Assembly: GCA_035419245.1 (NCBI GenBank)
Contig: DAOLSP010000001.1
Location: 636,309-700,308, forward strand
DNA length: 64,000 nucleotides
DNA from: a bacterium
Lineage (GTDB): Bacteria; Zhuqueibacterota; Zhuqueibacteria; Residuimicrobiales; Residuimicrobiaceae
Reading direction: 5' to 3'
The position numbers were made by a program, and so were the translations under genes. The stretch's first letter is position 1; each line of letters starts with the position of its first letter. The notes below the pieces were generated by a model that was not told where the DNA came from, ran no database searches, and saw only the letters and a list, made by a program, of their open reading frames with translations. Of the stretch, positions 59,889-64,000 are shown one piece after another.

Positions 59889-60968
59889 TCAGCGCTGCAC
59901 GCGGGCGGACCCCCCCCGGGCGAAGGCCTCGACTTCCGGGAGCCGGGCCATGGTGACGTCGCCCGGGAAGGTGGTCAGCAGGGCGCCGTGGGCCCAGCCA
60001 AGGCGCAGCGCCTCCTCGGGGTCACGGCCGGCGATAAGGCCGTAGATCAGCCCGGCCGCAAAACCGTCGCCGCCGCCGATACGATCGAGAACGTCGAGGG
60101 TGCACACGGGCGACACGTATTGATCCCCCTTGAGCCAGAGCACCGCCCCCCAGTCGTGGCGGTTGCTCGAACGCACCTCGCGCAGGGTGGTGGCCACCGC
60201 CTTGACGTTGGGAAATTCCTTGACCACCTTCTCGATCATCGCGAAAAAGGACTCGCTCTTGATCTCCGACCGGGCCGCGTCTGGTCCGGCGATGCCGAGG
60301 CCGAGTTGCATGTCCTCCTCATTGCCGATCAGGACATCGATCTCGGAGGCGATGCTGCGCAGCACCTGCTGGGCTTTCTGGAGTCCGCCGATGGGGGCCC
60401 AGAGCTTGGCGCGGTAGTTGAGGTCGAAGGAGTTGATCGCCCCCGCCTGGCGCGCGGCGCGCATCCCCTCGAGGATCAGTTTCGAGGTGGTTGTGGAGAG
60501 GGCCGCAAAGATGCCGCCGGAATGGAACCAGCGGACGCCGCCGGCGAAAATGGACTTCCAGTCGATGTCGCCCGGCTTGAGCAGGGCGCCGGCCTCGTTG
60601 GCGCGGTTATAAAAGACCACCGGCGGCCGCACCCCCATGCCGAGGTCGCTATAGACGGTCGCCATATTGGGGCCGCGCACGCCGTCGTGCTCGAACCATT
60701 TGTAAAAGGGACGGACACCCATTTCGCGCACTCGCGCCTGAATCATCTCGCCGATGGGGTATCGGACCATGGCGGTGGCGATGCCGGTGGTGAGACCGAA
60801 GCAGTCGGAGAGGTTGGCGGCGACGTTGTATTCGCCGCCCGAAACATGAACGGTAAAGCTGTGCGCCTTGCGGAAGGGGATCACCCCGGGATCGAGACGG
60901 TGGACCAGCGCACCGACCGAAAGGAAATCGAGGCCGCAGGCGTCCTGGCGGATATCGAGTTTTTGCAT
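59889..60968 (-). CDS. kdgK: PfkB-family sugar kinase, 2-dehydro-3-deoxygluconokinase-like.
   Basis: AAGGAGA RBS then ATG 60968 'MQKLDIRQDACGLDFLSVGALVHRLDPG'. C-terminal 'GGGDGFAAGLIYGL' PfkB anion-hole motif. The track's 618-nt N-terminal extension is an artefact overlapping gnd. Confidence 0.75.
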   Translation of the reverse strand: MQKLDIRQDACGLDFLSVGALVHRLDPGVIPFRKAHSFTVHVSGGEYNVAANLSDCFGLTTGIATAMVRYPIGEMIQARVREMGVRPFYKWFEHDGVRGPNMATVYSDLGMGVRPPVVFYNRANEAGALLKPGDIDWKSIFAGGVRWFHSGGIFAALSTTTSKLILEGMRAARQAGAINSFDLNYRAKLWAPIGGLQKAQQVLRSIASEIDVLIGNEEDMQLGLGIAGPDAARSEIKSESFFAMIEKVVKEFPNVKAVATTLREVRSSNRHDWGAVLWLKGDQYVSPVCTLDVLDRIGGGDGFAAGLIYGLIAGRDPEEALRLGWAHGALLTTFPGDVTMARLPEVEAFARGGSARVQR

Positions 60969-61014
60969 AGGTTCTCCTTTTGCCGGATAAAATGATACGG
61001 CGATCCGGCCGTGA

Positions 61015-62427
61015 TTAAAGCCATTCCGTGTGGAAGAATTCGCCCCGCGGCGCGTCGCTGCGCTCATAGGTATGGGCGCCGAAATAGTCGCGCTGCGCCT
61101 GGAGCAGATTGGCGGGCAGCCGGCTGCTGCGGTAGCCGTCGTAGTAAGCCAGGGCGCTGGAGAACGCGGGGATGGAGAGGCCGGCTTCGACCGCCCTGCT
61201 GACCACCGTGCGCCAGGCCTGGTGATGGCTGGCCAACACCTGGCGGAAATAGGGAGCGAGGAGGAGGTTGGGTAAGTCGGGTTGCTCGTCGAAGGCCTCT
61301 TTGATTTTGTCGAGGAACTGGGCGCGGATGATACAGCCGCCGCGCCAGAGCAGGGCGATCTGGCCGAAATTGAGGCCATAATGGAACTCTTTGGAGGCGG
61401 CGGCCATGAGCTGAAAGCCCTGGGCGTAGGAGCAGATTTTGGCGGCGTAGAGCGCCTGGCGGATCTGCTCGACGAAGGCTTGCCGGTCACCGGCGAACGG
61501 CTGCTCCGGTCCGGGCAGCACTTTCGCGGCGGCGATGCGCTCTTCCTTGATAGCGCTGAGGGTGCGGGCGAAGACCGCCTCGGCAATGGTCGGTGCCGGA
61601 ACGCCGAGATCGAGGGCGACCTGGCTGGTCCATTTGCCGGTCCCCTTCTGCCCGGCGGTGTCGAGGATGACGTCGATGATCGGCCGGCCGGTGCGTGCGT
61701 CGATTTTGGTCATGATGGCGGCGGTGATCTCGATCAGGTAGCTGTTGAGCTCGCCCCGATTCCACTCTGCAAAGACCGTATGCATCTCCGCTGCGCTCAG
61801 CCCGAGCAGCTGCTCCATGAGAAAATAGGCCTCGCAGATCATCTGCATATCGCCGTATTCGATGCCGTTATGGACCATCTTGACAAAATGACCGGCGCCG
61901 CCGTTGCCGACCCATTCGCAGCAGGGTGTGCCGTCGGCCACCCGGGCAGCGATGGCCTGGAGGATCGGCTTGACGTGCGGCCAGGCATCCGGAGAGCCGC
62001 CGGGCATGATCGACGGGCCCCAGAGGGCCCCCTCTTCGCCGCCGCTGACGCCGGTGCCAATGTAATGGAATCCTCTAGCCGTGAGTTCTTGCGTACGACG
62101 TTCGGTATCGGGGAAATGGCTGTTGCCGCCGTCGATGAGGATGTCGCCCGGGGCGAGATGCGGGATCAGCGCCTGGATGACCGCGTCGACCGGTTTGCCG
62201 GCGGGCACCATCATCAGGATCTTTTTAGGGCTCTCGAGGAGCTGCAGAAATTCGGCTAGGCTGGCGCATACGGTCATCTTTTTGCCCGCGAATTTATCAG
62301 CGGCAAGCAGCCGCTGTTTTTCGTCGAGGTCGAACCCGGCAACGGGATAGCCATGGCGCTCGATGTTGAGGGCCAGGTTGCGCCCCATGACGCCCAGGCC
62401 GATGACCCCGATGGCATAAGAATGCAT
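61015..62427 (-). CDS. gnd: 6-phosphogluconate dehydrogenase (decarboxylating).
   Basis: '[22 protein letters not shown]' N-terminal Rossmann. 'KGTGKWTSQ' substrate motif. 470 aa. Confidence 0.95.
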   Translation of the reverse strand: MHSYAIGVIGLGVMGRNLALNIERHGYPVAGFDLDEKQRLLAADKFAGKKMTVCASLAEFLQLLESPKKILMMVPAGKPVDAVIQALIPHLAPGDILIDGGNSHFPDTERRTQELTARGFHYIGTGVSGGEEGALWGPSIMPGGSPDAWPHVKPILQAIAARVADGTPCCEWVGNGGAGHFVKMVHNGIEYGDMQMICEAYFLMEQLLGLSAAEMHTVFAEWNRGELNSYLIEITAAIMTKIDARTGRPIIDVILDTAGQKGTGKWTSQVALDLGVPAPTIAEAVFARTLSAIKEERIAAAKVLPGPEQPFAGDRQAFVEQIRQALYAAKICSYAQGFQLMAAASKEFHYGLNFGQIALLWRGGCIIRAQFLDKIKEAFDEQPDLPNLLLAPYFRQVLASHHQAWRTVVSRAVEAGLSIPAFSSALAYYDGYRSSRLPANLLQAQRDYFGAHTYERSDAPRGEFFHTEWL

Positions 62428-62448
62428 TGCGATTTCCCTCCGGCTTGG

Positions 62449-63228
62449 TTAGATCGTCATGGCGGTGAATCCGCCGTCAACGCGAATCAGGGCGCCGGTG
62501 ACAAATGCAGCAGCCTTTTGCGAGGCCATCCAGATCACCGCTCCCACTAGTTCCTCGGCGTCGCCGAAACGGCCCATAGGGGTATGGCGCAGGATATCCG
62601 CGGTGCGTTCCGGGGTGAGGATCTTGCGGTTTTGTTCGGCGGGGAAAAAGCCCGGGGCCAGCGCATTGACGCGGACCTTGAAGGGCGCCCATTCGCGCGC
62701 GAGGTTGCGCGTGAGGTTGTTCACACCCGCCTTGCTGATACTGTAGGTGAAGACCTTGGAGAGCGGGATCTCGGAGGCGGCGGAGGAGATGTTGATGATG
62801 CTGCCCCCTTCGCCCTGCTCGATCATGATCTTTCCGAAGAGTTGACAGGCGAGGAAGATGCTCTTGAGATTGACCCTCATGATCCGGTCGTATTCCTCCT
62901 CTTCGATCTCGAGGAAAGGGGTGGAAGAGTTGATCCCAGGAGCGTTGATGAGGATATCGATGCGCCCGATCTTGGCGAGGATGGTGTCCGCAGCGGCGCG
63001 CAGCTCCTCTTTGCTCGAGGCGTCGACCTTGATGGAAAGGGCTTTGACGCCGTACTTTTTGCATTCATTGGCTTGCTTGCGGGCATTCTCCGGATTGATG
63101 TCGAGGATGGCGATGTCGGCCCCGGCACGGGCGAGCCCCTCGGCCATCTTGCCGGCCAGGACGCCACCCCCGCCGATGACGACGGCCGTCCGGCCCTTCA
63201 AGCCAAACAGGTCTTCAATATAGCTCAT
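62449..63228 (-). CDS. SDR-family oxidoreductase (KduD / gluconate-5-dehydrogenase-like).
   Basis: 'GKGRTAVVIGGGGVLAGKMAEGL' TGxxxGxG motif. 'NAPG' motif. YxxxK catalytic 'YSISKAG'. AAGGAG RBS. Confidence 0.85.
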   Translation of the reverse strand: MSYIEDLFGLKGRTAVVIGGGGVLAGKMAEGLARAGADIAILDINPENARKQANECKKYGVKALSIKVDASSKEELRAAADTILAKIGRIDILINAPGINSSTPFLEIEEEEYDRIMRVNLKSIFLACQLFGKIMIEQGEGGSIINISSAASEIPLSKVFTYSISKAGVNNLTRNLAREWAPFKVRVNALAPGFFPAEQNRKILTPERTADILRHTPMGRFGDAEELVGAVIWMASQKAAAFVTGALIRVDGGFTAMTI

Positions 63229-63294
63229 GATGGTACTCCTTTTTCGTTTCTCACACCGAGGCATGCGCATGAGGGCTGTTTCTTGTATGTATGG

Positions 63295-64000
<706 letters not shown>

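Noticed and set aside
59889-61586. 565-aa ORF suggesting a large fusion protein upstream of kdgK.
   Set aside because: The first 206 codons are an S/P/R-rich alternate frame overlapping the bona fide gnd gene on the same strand. The kinase has its own RBS and ATG at 60968.

Overview
This is a 64-kb, high-GC, gene-dense chromosomal segment on which I call about 57 protein-coding genes and one tRNA. It reads as ordinary core and accessory chromosome; I found no insertion sequence or transposase, integrase, CRISPR array or rRNA.

Lineage hints point to a Gram-negative, T9SS-bearing lineage, possibly FCB-group (lineage not determinable from sequence alone). The first gene ends in a textbook T9SS type-A sorting domain. 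A type-III glutamine synthetase (GlnN) sits behind a canonical sigma-54 promoter. There is a BshA-like glycosyltransferase and two sigma-54 enhancer-binding proteins.

Contents in order:
- A 5'-truncated T9SS-sorted beta-propeller protein.
- A secreted right-handed beta-helix protein.
- A Wzx/Wzy-dependent glycan assembly locus: Wzz, Wzy-like, Wzx, DegT aminotransferase, NodB deacetylase, GT4, GT2, WbaP-like initiating transferase.
- serS.
- An outer-membrane protein with a coiled-coil tail.
- A GAF-sigma-54 activator divergent from sigma-54-dependent glnN.
- A 50-aa CxxC/CxxC zinc-ribbon gene missed by the ORF track.
- VanZ, nnr, acpS, an ECF sigma factor, hemW, lepB, an ABC exporter pair, lepA.
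- bshA behind a consensus sigma-70 promoter.
- A histidine kinase / sigma-54 response regulator / coiled-coil / OMP operon.
- A PAP2/AUR1-like membrane phosphotransferase.
- tRNA-Phe(GAA), followed by about 1 kb of gene-poor DNA carrying an amber-interrupted small membrane ORF.
- A Tat-signal Fe/Mn superoxide dismutase.
- A secreted vWA protein and a VIT-vWA protein in tandem.
- An aldo/keto reductase, a membrane protein, a nitroreductase, a Sir2 deacylase.
- An OMF-MFP-RND efflux operon convergent with an orphan hypA-like gene.
- OmpA, an M64 peptidase, GH127, csp.
- A sugar-acid cluster: kdgK, gnd, SDR, and a partial UxaE-like gene.

Many long antisense shadow ORFs in the supplied track are artefacts of the high GC content. 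All product calls are from motif recognition by eye, not database searches.
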